This document shows, piece by piece, positions 13,331 through 26,369 of a stretch of 64,000 bases of DNA. The stretch lies in assembly GCF_009914755.1 (NCBI RefSeq), contig NC_060929.1; one strand, given 5' to 3'. This DNA comes from the human T2T-CHM13v2.0 reference genome, Homo sapiens. The position numbers and the translations under genes were made by a program. The stretch's first letter is position 1, and each line of letters opens with the position of its first letter. Under the pieces are notes generated by a model. That model made no database searches. It had not been told where the DNA came from and saw only the letters and a program-made list of their open reading frames with translations.

Positions 13331-15580
13331 CTGAATGTATAGAGACTACATACATTAACCAAATAAAAATAGGTCACAGTGCCCACTTTTACCTTAGTAA
13401 AGTTATTCATTTTCTGAATAACTGACTCTACACAAGCAATATAGCCTCCAAACCAATTATAGCTTCTAATATGAAAATGACAGGAAATGAAACCTAATTC
13501 CAAACAGTTGTCTGTGCACTATGAAGTATTTTGACAAATCTTATTCAAAACATCATGATATAGCTAAGTCAGACTTCAGAGTCAGCTAGCTTACCTAAAG
13601 GACTCCTGGTTGTTCAGAAATAATTTACTGAGACCAAGGTAGGGGAAAGAATCAGTAAACATAAGCGTACTGTGCTATGTTTATCATTGAGAAAACTGAA
13701 TTTCACAAGTATCCACTTGTAAACATCACAGTATTTAGAAAATGCTTTTAAATTTTACTAAAATATAAACTCTCTTAATACACAATGCATTTTCAGTAAT
13801 ACAAATAGTAATATTTACTATTTTCACTAACTGACATAACTAAAAATTTATTTCCGAAGATTCCTAAATAGCTCATGTACAGCAGCAGAAAGGAATAATA
13901 CTCAGTGGTCTTTAAGATGGATAACAATTTCAAAACAAAAATTATTGTACATGAAATGCTAATTCTTAGGAACTCATAGGAAACTATAAAACATCCTGGC
14001 CACAAAGAATATCTATTTATGTTTTGGAAGTGGAAGCTAGTCTATCACTATTATCAGTGAGAATAAGTTAAGACTACATAATAACTACATGTAAAAACCC
14101 CAAATCCCTATGCAACTTAAAATATCTGTTAGAGCTGGTAATTAAAACATGAAATTATAGTTCCTTTCTCAAACCCTCATAAACGAACTCTGATTTCATT
14201 TCCATCTTGGGAAGAAAAATTTTGGAAGGAAAGGCCTGTGATACTCTAATCCTGGCGAGATGGAGGAGGGTCAAAATTAAAGCCATCATTATCACAACTT
14301 TTCCTTCTTACCTTAAACCTTGTCACTTCTACCTATAATGTGTATCTGAGGAAAGTGAATTTGTGCTACTATACTTCTCCAATTGAACAGAGTATCTCCA
14401 AACAGTACAACATCTGAATACGAAGCTACAAGGGTCTCACTCACATTGGTGGAAATGAAATCAAAACAAAACTTCTCTTTATGTAATCTGAAATAGTATA
14501 CAAGGTTTTTCTTACACTAATTTAACATTCCACAATAGTTAATCTTTAAAAGCCTTCTCAACTTCGTAAAAATCTACACTATTGCTAATTTGTATATCCT
14601 TAGTTTTCAGCAAAATAAAAAAGTGACAGCTTAGATTTCCCATAATAACAAAATACAGCTTAGTAAGCACTCTAACAATCCAAGCATAGCTGGAATTTTG
14701 CTCATACCATTCAATCTTAAGAGACCACACATTTTTTTTCAACGATGGTACTTTCCCTTATTTTGAGATGTCTTTGTCTAGAATTGCCTTCTCCAAACCC
14801 TTATAATGTTTTGACTTACTCATGGCTTTTAACTGATAAAACAAGCTAGAATGTTTATGTACTTGCTTTGTTTATGTAAAATATTATAAATGCCTTTGAG
14901 CCTCCTACAGTCTGCAAAACACCAAAATTAGTCTACAAGGTAGCCTGAAAAATAAATTATGATTTTGTCAGCTTTGGATCAAAACATTCTGAAGAGACTG
15001 ATCTGAAGCTCTTGGAGCCAAGTTCTGTGAGTATATAAGCTAGAATTGGCTCCAAGAGCTTAAGAGCTGTTTCCCAATATTCAACCTACCCTCAAATACT
15101 AGATTTACCACCAGTAAGGCTGGTCAAAAGCATATGCTAACTTTAAAGAAGAAAAAAAATTAAAAAAAAAAAGCCATTCTCAGAGAAAAGTTCAAACAAG
15201 GGAAAAGAGTAGAACTGACAGAAGTTAATAAACTATTCCTTTACTACATTAGCTAGCTGCTCAGTAACTTGAAAGATGTAACGAAGAACTTAATTTACAG
15301 ACAAAATTACTCAGCCCAAAAAGCATTTAAGGCAAGTTTGAGAAAATAATCCATGATTTAGTTCTTGTATTGTCAAGTTAAGAAATTCAGCAAGATATAT
15401 TTATAGATTTTTGCTATAGTCTTTAATAGGCAATAAAAAAAAACACAAAGTTCTAAAAAGGTTCTGAATGATGGCAAAAGTATTAGAATAAACATATAAT
15501 TTCTCAACAGAACTGTTTATGGAAGGGCAATGTTCAATGGAAACCTGTATCCTAGTTATGCTGAGATACTTTGAATGTAA

Positions 15581-15959
<379 letters not shown>

Positions 15960-17174
15960 TTAATATTTGTTTTAATCATCCTACAGAAAATGATTTATAA
16001 TCACCAAGGCGAAAGTTAAAATACCCTTAAAATTGAGATTTAAACTATAATTCATATCCAAAAGATAACAAAAACACTTGAAAACAGTGTTAAGAAATGT
16101 TTATAATTAGAAGAAAATAAAATAGATTCAATATATATTCATAAAAGTGTAAGATTTCTAAAAAGAACCCAGTTTAAGAATTTGAATACAGAATAATTTC
16201 TGTAAAGAAAAACAGCTTAAAATTTAATGTAAATATAAACACTGTATATCTACAAGAGCCTGATTTCTCTGCACTTGGATAATTTCAACTCTCTAGCCTG
16301 AGTTCCAGTATCAGATCCTGCATATACCAAATCATATGTAAAGTATTTAAAATATATGGTTATTCTTTTAACTGAATGCTTCAAACAGAGGTTTTAAGAA
16401 TAAATCTTTAGGTCTGGCAGGCACAAGCTCTGAAGAGAAAAGTGAGTTTTACTTTTCTCTTTGATCACTTAGTATACTGAGATTGTTTTTTCTTATATAT
16501 TCTTTTCTGTGTAACATCCACAAGAACCCAAGGTGCTGCTGGTATAAACATTACATGGCTTTTGCTTATTGACAGGAGAACTGTCTTATTTCCAATATTT
16601 AGCCTGGTGATGCTTTGCATTTTATTGGCCTTTCTGGTCACATGGTGAGTATTATCTAAAAATTCCTCATGATGTCTATAGTATCTCAGTCTGCACTGCA
16701 TCAGAGCTCGGAGTATTCCACATCCAGATAAAGCACAATTTCCCCTAAACACAGTAATTTATATGTACCTGCTGTCACATCAAAATGCTGAAATCTATAT
16801 CACTGTCAGCTTGAGTTTTCACAATTCAAAAGAGCTTGGTATCTGCCTATCTTGTAGACCATCTCCAATTGAGGGTACTAATCTCTGACAAAAATCCATT
16901 CTGAAGTGATAATCCCCACCTTTTAATTCCTATCACACAGACAATTAACCACATAAATCCTTCTCAACCAATGGTGACTGTTTTTAATGTGTACATTTTC
17001 CAAGTGACAGCAGAATCTAATGATCTCTTACTTCTTGCTCTGAAGTCACTACTGCTGTTTCGAGAATATTAAATAAATTTCTCCTATATTTTATACTCTC
17101 CATTTGGTATTATATATTTAAGATATACGACTTGAAGATGAAGATTTTCATTCAAATTTTATGATTTAACTCAC

Positions 17175-17306
17175 TTTCGAAAGATGATGCTCAGAGGAGA
17201 ATCCCAATCCATAAACGGTGTTTGCCCGGCTATCAGCCCACTGGCCAAACTTCTGAGATGTTTTAGTAAATGTCATGTTTGGGGTGATGGTACTATTTAT
17301 TATTGC
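17175..17306 (-). CDS. HOMER1: HOMER1 coding exon 3 (132 nt), EVH1 domain core
   Basis: Manual translation [44 protein letters not shown]; acceptor ttttttag|GCA, donor AAA|gtgagt; phase 0-0. Confidence 0.97.
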
Positions 17307-17741
17307 CTAAAAAATAAAGCAAGTATGAGCAACCAGCAAAAAATCAGCAAACAGGCATTTAAATACAAGACCATTCAGTTACATAAAAGCTTAAGATTAT
17401 CAATAAGCCACAACGTTAAATACATAAAGATAGTTACAGAAATAGTTTCTGGCATTATAAGTGATAGTGTGGAAATATGTTAACTAAAATATAAATATGA
17501 TGACACTCTATCAAAAATTTCAACATTTTACACTCAAATAAGTTTACCTATGATCCAAAAAGTGTCAAAGAGTTTTTAATATGGTCAGTTTTTTCCTTTT
17601 GAATGTTTAGAATCAATATTTATTAATTTTGGATGATAATCACTAGAAGAAGGTAGGCCTTAATAGTGGTTTATTTAAAAGTAGGGTACCACCCTCCAAA
17701 GAATCTTTCAAAAATGAAAATATGCATAGAAAATATGACAC

Positions 17742-17772
<31 letters not shown>

Positions 17773-18045
17773 TGGAGTCTTGCTCTGTCGCCCAGGCTGG
17801 AGTGCAGTGGCGTGATCTCGGCTAACTGCAAGCTCCAACTCCCGGGTTCACGCCATTCTCCTGCCTCAGCCTCCTGAGTAGCTGGGACTACAGGCGCCCA
17901 CTACCACGCCCTACTAACTTTTTTGTATTTTTTTTAGTAGAGACGGGGTTTCACCATGTTAGCCAGGATGGTCTCGATCTCCTGATCTGCCCGCCTCGGC
18001 CTCCCAAAGTGCTGGGATTACAGGCGTGAGCCACTGCGCCCGGCC
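17742..18045 (-). mobile_element. AluY-like element
   Basis: Long T run, AluY-type cacgccattctcctg and ttagccaggatggtctcgatctcc; gacact flanks both ends. Confidence 0.9.
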
Positions 18046-18180
18046 GACACTGATTTTCTAAAATCCATAATTGAGTTTTCTTCAAGCTGATTTACCTGAA
18101 ATACATTATGATACAGAAAAGACTTGCAATCGTTTAGTACTTTTTCCCTTTACTCAAGGAAAAAACAAACCTCTAAATAT

Positions 18181-18394
18181 AGAGGTGTTCCTTGCTAGAC
18201 TTGGGAGATTGGTTCCGGGACCCCTATGTATACTAAAAACCTATGCATACTCAAGTCCCATAGTCAGCACTGCAGAACCTGCATATACGAGGTCAACTCT
18301 CTAATACTTGGTTTTCACATCCTACAAATACTGTATTTTTTGATCCACGTATAAGTGAACCTGCATAATTCAAACCAGTGTCATGAGTCAACTG
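18181..18394 (+). mobile_element. MER8-like Tigger MITE
   Basis: gggagattggttccgggacccc...catactcaagtccc...gtataagtgaacctgc...gtcaactg. Confidence 0.72.
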
Positions 18395-21156
18395 CATACT
18401 CATTTCTTTTCTCATAAAGTGGTATAGATTCATGATATTGAGAATTGCTATCATTTTTGTTTCACACATAATTTCTTAGAAAACTAGTATTTTAGCATGT
18501 TACTAAATATTAACTTTGGTGATCACCATAATAAATTTCAATTATCATAAAATATTAACTCATTCTCTCTGCTAATACCATAAAAGTGAGGAATCATTTC
18601 TTTAGTCTAACGCACTCCAAATTTAAGATTAGAAAGTGATTCCAATAGTAATAGACAGATGTTAACAAATCCATAAGCAGTCATCTGCTGAACTCTTAAA
18701 TGTGGAATGATACATCAAGCATTTTCTGAACTAAATTTGCTTACCATGTGAGCATTTTCTGAACAAAACTAAATTTGTTTACCATGTGAACAACAGTATA
18801 AAAGTAAATATTTAAGAGCTATGCAGGTATTGGAGAAGTCATAAAAATGAATGCATGACACCTGTCCTACTAAAAAAAAAACCAGTAAAACAGAGTGGTC
18901 CCTTCCTTTCTCTCAGACAGAAGATGTGTCCACTGTTATATGAGAGCCCTTATGCTCAATTAAGTGTTTTTACCTCAGACAAAATTTACATATTCATACT
19001 TATACAGTTTCCTTACCCTTCAGTTCAAAAACTGCTTTTCTTAGCATATCATTTGGGATGTGTAAAATGTGGCTAATAACTGCTCTAACTTGAATGGCAT
19101 CAAATGAAGTCATCAAATGAAAGACTAAATAGGAAGGACTTTATCAACAAATGGTTAAGGAATCATTCGTTCATTCAACTTTAATTGAGTACCTTTTAAA
19201 TGCCAAGCACAGTTCTAAAAATTTGAGCTACAACAATAAGAGGGGCAATATAATTGGAAATTACAGTCTAGAATAAAAGGAGTCAGTAAACATACAAGTA
19301 AATAAATAGCTGACCAATGTAATCTCAGACAGTAGTAAGTACTATAAAGACCAGGATGTGACAGAGTGAAACGCAAGAAATCAAGACTGGTAGGCACTGC
19401 CTTAGATTTGCTGGTCCTGAGGGGGCACATCTGAACTGGGATCTCTGTGTTTTCTGACAAGGGCATTTTATACGTGACCCTAATAACTCAAAAGTGAGTC
19501 AACAACAGGTTTTATAGGCATCTAAGAAAACTGACCAACGTGCTGGTAGTTGGTCACTAAGCCCCCTCATTTTAACTATTTCAAATTAACTTCTTTCCGC
19601 TTTTATGAGTTTTATTTTAATCTCCATTCTGAACCTTTCCCTTGTCTCTGTATTACTTGTTCTTTAATGAAGAAAACCTTAAAATGATAGATGATCCCAC
19701 ACTTTTAAAAAGCTTTATTTCTTAGCTTCTTTGAGTAGAATGCATTTAAAAGAAAAATTTTAGTTCTGAAAATAAATATGTCTCTCAACCCTGGAGTTCT
19801 AGTCCTTTTAAGGAAAAGAGGTAGAAATGCAGTGTCATTACTACCTCATGTATGGATCACACAGTGCCCTGATCCTGGCCCTTGACCATGCTGAGGTCTC
19901 TGTAGAATAATCAGAAAACCTTAAAGCAAACTTCATATGCACAGTAGAGGCACTAAGTGAGAACGAGTGCACATTTTCTAGGCAGGGCACCTAAGGGGTT
20001 TCCAACTCAATCATGAAGAGCAGAAGTCGGGGGTGAGATGGAGAAAACACTTGTTTAGCTGAGTCAAATAAACCACTATTGCTGACTTAAAAAAACAACC
20101 ACTCCTGTAGGAACTGCAGCAGTTAATAGCATCAGTTTAGAAAAGTAATTAGAAAATGGAAAATGTGATAGAAAATATAACTCTGCTACAGAAGATAGAT
20201 TTTGTTAAAAAAATACAAAAAGCTTTTCCAAAGTCATTTATGATTCTAATAATTACAATCAGCAACGTATATTCAGAAATGGAAAAATGCAAGAGCAACA
20301 TTTCATATTGCTTCAGTGGGAAGAACACATGAGGATTATGTGTTAATCACTAAAATTCCTTCCTTTAAAATAACTCAAAGTATTTTAATCTGGTGAAAAT
20401 TAAGTTAGCAAATGAAATCTATTTAATCACTTCCATATGGTTTCTTTTCTCCGACATGGGACTATTCAGTTGACCTTTTTTTGTATACAACATTTAACTC
20501 TCCTTTCTAATAAAGGAGGATTGTTATCTTTTTCTGTTACCTCTGTTAACCCTCCTTTCTAATAAAGGAGGCACGTTATCTGTCGTTTGGGCCCAGAAAC
20601 AAAACAGATTACAGAGAATTCAAGGTTCAAATAAGGGAAAAGAAATAAACACTCTAGAGTCTCAGGTTATAATATCTAGTATCTGTCAAACTTCACTAAA
20701 TCAGTTACAAAATATGACAAAATTATTCTTCACTAAATAAAGCTTCACGGAAATGAACTATTTCTATTTCTCAAGTCCTTTAAATCCTCCAAGTAAAAAT
20801 GAAAAAGTCAATTATTCAAGTAAATACATATTAGTTACTTATGTACAAGACACAAAGTGCAAATAGCGCTTAGGGTCTTATCATCTAGTTAACCTAGTTA
20901 AGGAGATAAGGAATGAGTACACAGAAAAAACAGACAAAAAGTTTAGCATTAAATTATCTTTTATTCCCCATAAAACACTAGGCAATAATCGCCTGATAAT
21001 AGTATTAACAACAATAGCAGTGAGTGTTTGTATAGTGATTACTATATACACTGTGCTTTTGCCTAAATTTACTTACTTTTCACAACAACCCTATGGTGGA
21101 ATGATGTAGGTATTTTTATTCATTCCTTTTTACAGATGAGAAAACTGAGGCATACA

Positions 21157-21420
21157 GTTTTTTTTTCCCCTTAAGAGACAGGGTCTCGCTCTGGATATAA
21201 TCATAGCTCACTGCAGCTTTGACCTCCTTAGCTCCAGCCCCAGTCTCCTGAGTAGCTAGGACTACAGGCATGCACCAATACACCTAGCTAATTTTTTTTT
21301 TTTTTGAGATGGGAACTCACTGTGTTACCCAGGCTGGTCTCAAACTCCTGGTCTCAAGTGATCCTCATGCCTCGGCCTCCCAAAGTGCTAGAATTACAGG
21401 CACAAACCTCAGTGCCCAGC
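21157..21420 (-). mobile_element. AluJ-like element (internally deleted) inserted in a MIR
   Basis: Reverse Alu interrupting the MIR core after acagatgagaaaactgaggca. Confidence 0.8.
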
Positions 21421-21461
21421 CCTGCATGCAGAAGCTAAATACTTTGCTCAAGATCAGATGG

Positions 21462-21813
21462 TGATATGGTTTGGCTCTGTGTCCCCATCCAAATCTCACC
21501 TTGAATTGTAATCCCCATGTGTCAAGGGTGGAACCCGGTGGAGGTAATTGAATCATGGGGGGCAGTTTCCCCAATGCTGTTCTTGTGATAGTGACTCTCA
21601 CGAGATCTGATGGTTTTATACGCATCTGGCATTTCCCCTGCTTGCTCTCACTCTCTCTCCTGCCGCCCTGTGAAGACGTACCTTCTGCCACGATTGTAAG
21701 TTTCCTGAGGCTTCCCCAGCCATGTGGAACTGTGAGTCAAGTAAACCTCTTTCCTTTATAAATTACCCAGTCTCAGGTATTTCTTCATAGAAGTATGAGA
21801 ATGGACTAATATA
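21462..21813 (+). mobile_element. THE1 (C/D-like) MaLR solo LTR with 5-bp target-site duplication
   Basis: Termini tgatatggtttggctctgtgtcccc...ggactaatata; GATGG at 21457-21461 and 21814-21818. Strand is as the by-eye consensus match, not verified. Confidence 0.88.
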
Positions 21814-22058
21814 GATGGCAAGCAGGTAGTAGAAACAAAAATTCAAACCAGTCAGTCTGGCTCTACAGTGTGTGCACTTAACCCCTTCTTCATTTAATTG
21901 CTAAAATTCCTGAAAGTGGAAAGGCTTCATGGCTTTAAGAAACTGAAGACCTCATCTTTCTACACACTTCAAACCTAGAATCTTAGAGTCTGATTTTTCT
22001 TTGGAATTTCTTTCTCTAAGTGAGTTCCATGAAGTTCATTGATGATTAAAGGATCCCC

Positions 22059-22348
22059 CGTCCCAGCGCGGTAGCTCATGCCTGTAATCCCAGCACTTTG
22101 GGAGGCTGAGGCAGACAGATCGAGAGGTCAGGAGTTCAAGACCAGCCTGGCCAACATGGTGAAACCCTGTCTCTACTAAAAATACAAAAATTATCCAGGC
22201 ATGGAGGCGCACGCCTGTAATACCAGCTACTGGGGAGGCTGAGGCAAGAAAATCACTTGAACCCAGGAGGCAGAGGTTGCAGTGAGCTGAGCTGTACTCC
22301 AGGCTGGGTGACAGAGCAAGACTCCGTCTCAAAAAAAAAAAAAAAAAA
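22059..22348 (+). mobile_element. AluS-like element
   Basis: Dimeric Alu with poly(A); ggatcccc on both flanks. Confidence 0.88.
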
Positions 22349-22384
22349 GGGATCCCCAACCAACTCTTCTGAAGGGCACACTGT

Positions 22385-22560
22385 CCTCTAAGCACTGATT
22401 TCAGTGCTTTGCAGATATTAACTCATTTAATCCTTACAACCACCAGTACTGAGTTGAGAACAATGAGGCTCAGAGAAGTAATCTGCCCAAAGAGAAAACA
22501 CTCAGTAGATGGTGGAGTTGAGATCTGAACCCAGGCAGTCCTTGCTCCTGTTACACTAAT
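22385..22560 (-). mobile_element. MIR
   Basis: ctcatttaatccttacaac...tgaggctcagagaagt...ctgcccaa. Confidence 0.7.
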
Positions 22561-23046
22561 TGCCTCTCCTAAAAATAAAATAGGTTTTGTCCTTATACTT
22601 CTCTTGAGAGAAGAAATGTCAGCTTTAGTATTGACACTGACAAACTTCATAGGATATAGGGACTTTAAACTGCTACTAGTCTGTAGCAGTATATTTGAAA
22701 AGAATTAGAGCTCCTAGAATTCTAGACCATATCTATTCTGTCCACCACTATATTCCTAGTACCTGGCATAATGCCTGACACATAACAGATATGCAATGAA
22801 CATTAAATAAATGGAATGACCTCAAATTTGTAGAATATTTTGGCATGTAACAATGTAATAAAGTGGTTAGTCATTTAGTGGACAAAACATGTTGCTACCT
22901 TAATAATCCATTTTGTTTCTTAAAAGTTTTAAGAACTCAAAAGGAAACATTTTATATTAATGAAGATAAAATGTTCTGAATAGAACTAAAATGTCATACT
23001 GAAAAAAGCAAAACCAGCCAAATCATTCAAAGTAAACGTAGCTTAC

Positions 23047-23203
23047 CTTTGAGCCATCTAAACTGATTATCCTATACACATTTCTTGTGCTGTCATAGAA
23101 ATAAGACACAGTAACTGCATGCTTGCTGGTGGGTACCCAGTTCTTCTTTGTGTTTGGGTCAATTTGGAAGACATGAGCTCGAGTGCTGAAGATAGGTTGT
23201 TCC
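23047..23203 (-). CDS. HOMER1: HOMER1 coding exon 2 (157 nt), EVH1 domain N-terminal part
   Basis: Translates (G)[52 protein letters not shown]; acceptor ttttctgccctgcag|G, donor AAG|gtaagc; starts in phase 2 after exon-1 ATGGG. Confidence 0.98.
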
Positions 23204-23385
23204 CTGCAGGGCAGAAAAGAAAATGATGGACTGAAAGCAGCCAGTTTTATTTCACTAGACAAGAGAACATGAAAACTGCAAGGATGATTCTGCTTAATCA
23301 ACAATTTCCACATACCTGAAAGTAAGAGAAACTTTCAAATTTGCATATTCTAAGTATTCAGTCATAAGGTTTCTAAAAACAATTA

Positions 23386-24034
23386 TAGTCAATCCTCATT
23401 ATTTGAAGAGTCTGTACATGTGAATTCACCTACTCACTAAAATTTATCTGTAACCGCCAAATCAATAGTGTGGCACATTCTTAGTCTTTCACAGACACAC
23501 ACAGGGCAGTGCAAAACCATGCATCACCTGACATGGCACATTTCCATCTGAAACTGAACAAAGTGACAATGCCTTCTTGTTTCAGTTCTCATACTACATT
23601 TACAAGTGTCCTTTTTATGGTCTATTTAGCACCATGTTTTACACATTTCACACTTTGTTGGTGCTTTTACTGTGTAAAATGGCCCATAAGCATCATGCTG
23701 AAGTGTTCCCAGATGCTAGCTGTTCCTAGGTGCAAGAAGGCTGTGATGTGGAGAAAATATGTGTTAGATAAGTTTCACTGAGGCATGAGTTACAGTGCTG
23801 TTGGCCATCAGTTCAATGTTAATGCATTAACAATATATATTAAGCAAGGTGTCTTTAAGTAGAAACACACATAAAACATAGTTATGTATTGATTAGTTGA
23901 TGAAAATGTCGTGAGCAGAGGATGGTAGGAACATGACACAGTATTTTTCCCTAAGAGCAATGGTTCAGTACAGTATTTGCTAACTTAGTGTTGCTGGCAC
24001 CTTCATGGAAGATGTGAATAATGAGAATAAACTA
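23386..24034 (+). mobile_element. MER82 (TcMar-Tigger) DNA transposon
   Basis: Terminal inverted repeats tagtcaatcctcattatt / aataatgagaataaacta; internal gttcctaggtgcaagaaggctgtgatg...gttagataag. Confidence 0.8.
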
Positions 24035-26194
24035 TGCTCTGCTAAAATACAAGTATCTTATATTTGACTCTTACAAAGTTAATATTTTTACCCACTTAAA
24101 ACCACATTTAAAACCCATTTAAACACATTTTACCCATTTAAAACCCAGAATAATCTGGGAATAGGTAAAGAACTTACTGGGAAAACATACATTCACTATA
24201 ATCGCTACTATACTTAAAAGTCTATGGAAAACAAAGTTGCTGAAACCACAAATATCTCTTACTTAGATCAAGCAGGGCCTTAAAGATATAGATTTTTAAA
24301 ATTACAAAGAACCAAAACTAATAAAAAATACTTGTTTAAAATATCATTACAGAATTCTTTACAGTATGAACAACAGGCATAAGATGATCTATATATAATA
24401 GAAGCATCGTAATTCAAAAATTTCCAAGTTCTGAGTAAAAATTATCTTGGAAGCAGCATTTATCAAGCTTGTTTTTTTAAGAGCCCAAATAAAACTCATT
24501 TATTTCATTTCACTGCACATCTTTCTTTTCTAAAGCAGTTCAATGTCATAAAGAAAATTTTAATTGGTAATATTTAATATTAAGTAAATTAATTTTAAAA
24601 TTATGAAGAATTTTAAAATTTCTAAAATTTTAAATTTGAAGAAAGGAAGAGTAAATATGGAGAGGAGAAAAATTAGAAAAACGGCAAGGCAAATCTGAGT
24701 CCACGGCAAAATGGCTCTTAAGGTTAATAAAAGGTTGGGTGACTCCTATATCCATTTCAACCCTTAGAGAGTTGGTGTGAAAGTGAGGTACCTTCCCTGT
24801 AGGTAACCTGGCACTTTCCTAGTTTTATTTCTGGAAACCTCCTATACAACTTTTCTTATTAAAGAATCTCTCTTAAAAGAAAGTGATATATTTTGTGCCA
24901 CTCCCTAAAAAATGAAGTGGAGCCATTACTTCTTGTTTAACTGCCACTATATATGGATTCATTTAATAATTATTAACAATCTGGCAAAACACTGTACCAG
25001 GATGATGAACTCTGAATTGGGAATACGTCTTATTCATTCCCTCTTTCCCCATCCTCAACCATTGACTTTCAGTGAGGCTGGTGCTATAAGCTTGGGTTAT
25101 CTTCCAAAACCCCTGCAACCCCTATTTTTCTTTTTTCACCTTCTAATTAAAGTCTGAGGTAAAAGTATTGTTGGTCAGGCTGGGAGTGGCTAGTTACAAG
25201 TCACAGGGACATCTAATCATACACAACTCTATTAAGGCACATAAGGAAGGGAGGTAAGACACTATTCTTTACTAACTCGATTACTTGATTTTTTTGTTGT
25301 TTTCATTTGGTAGGGGTTAAGTTTCCTAAATTCACCTAAATAACACAAGTTGGTGATTATAAGAATGTGTTCTAATAAACATCTTTTCTAAAATAGTAAA
25401 TTAGTTATTAAGATAATAACGTTGCTTTTGCAAGCTTTCTACAACCAATCAACAAATCCTTACTCAATGGAAATGCAATGTTTTCAGTACGGTAAAGACT
25501 TTCTACATCATATTGAGTCATACATTTAATTAATCCACACAATTTAATTCCTTTCAGAATAAAAATCTTTAAGCTAGCTATTGTATAAGCAAATGCCATT
25601 TGAATATCAACTAAATACATAGCTTTCTTTAATTCTCTTCTGAACAGCTGGTTTTTTTAAAGAAAATTATAGTTTAAGATTTCTGTGGTCAAAAGCCTGT
25701 ACTTCAAAGTCTATATGATAAAGACTAGGGAAATAATTTTCACTACAGATCCAGGGAACAGAATTCCTAGAAGTAATGAGGATGTTACTGCATCTGACAG
25801 GGCATACTAATAAATGATTCAAACTTTTATTGAATATCTATTATATGCCAAGATGTAGGATCCAGATGGTCCCTGCCCTTGAAAAATTCAATTTGGTGAC
25901 AAAAGATGGATATGTTAAAAACAAAATGCTCTTCACTACGATAGATTCTCTAAAAATAAGTAACTGACAGCTATGATAGAAAACAGATGCCTAAATAGAG
26001 TTTGAAACAAACTGTTGCACAGTGGGAGGAGGGCTAAGTACATTGTGTAGCAAGAACCTTAGTACAGGTAAGTTTGAGTGCCTTTGAAGAATGAGGCTAG
26101 AATGAAAAAATAGAGAATGAAAAAAGAGAGAAGACAGTTCATGAGGGTGTCTACTGAAAGCTATTGAGAGATTATAAACACGAAATAGTTTTGC

Positions 26195-26338
26195 TTTTTT
26201 CTTTCTTTCTTTCTTTTCTTTAACAGATAGGTTCTCACTATATTGCCCAGGCTGGTCTTGAAGTCTTGGCCTCAAGCAATCCTCCCACCTCAGCTTCCCG
26301 AGTTGCTAGGATTACAGGAGTAAGCCACCTAGCTCAGC
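26195..26338 (-). mobile_element. FLAM / Alu left monomer
   Basis: Single reverse Alu arm with T-rich tail. Confidence 0.8.
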
Positions 26339-26369
26339 TCCAGCTTTGCATTTTAGAAAGATAAATCTG

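Noticed and set aside
13288-13503. 71-aa ORF overlapping exon 4
   Set aside because: Different frame from HOMER1 and mostly intronic; a chance ORF.
17184-17483. 99-aa plus-strand ORF opposite exon 3
   Set aside because: Antisense shadow of coding sequence with no recognisable protein.
23023-23046. Exon 2 read-through tail VSYVYFE*
   Set aside because: It follows a strong AAG|gtaagc donor and would truncate EVH1; nothing suggests it is used.
24088-24147. Repeated (ccc)atttaaaa units, superficially array-like
   Set aside because: Low-complexity degenerate minisatellite with no spacers; CRISPR arrays are not expected in human DNA.
22569-25960. MEF2-like CTAAAAATAA motifs
   Set aside because: Expected by chance in AT-rich DNA; no clustering or other support.
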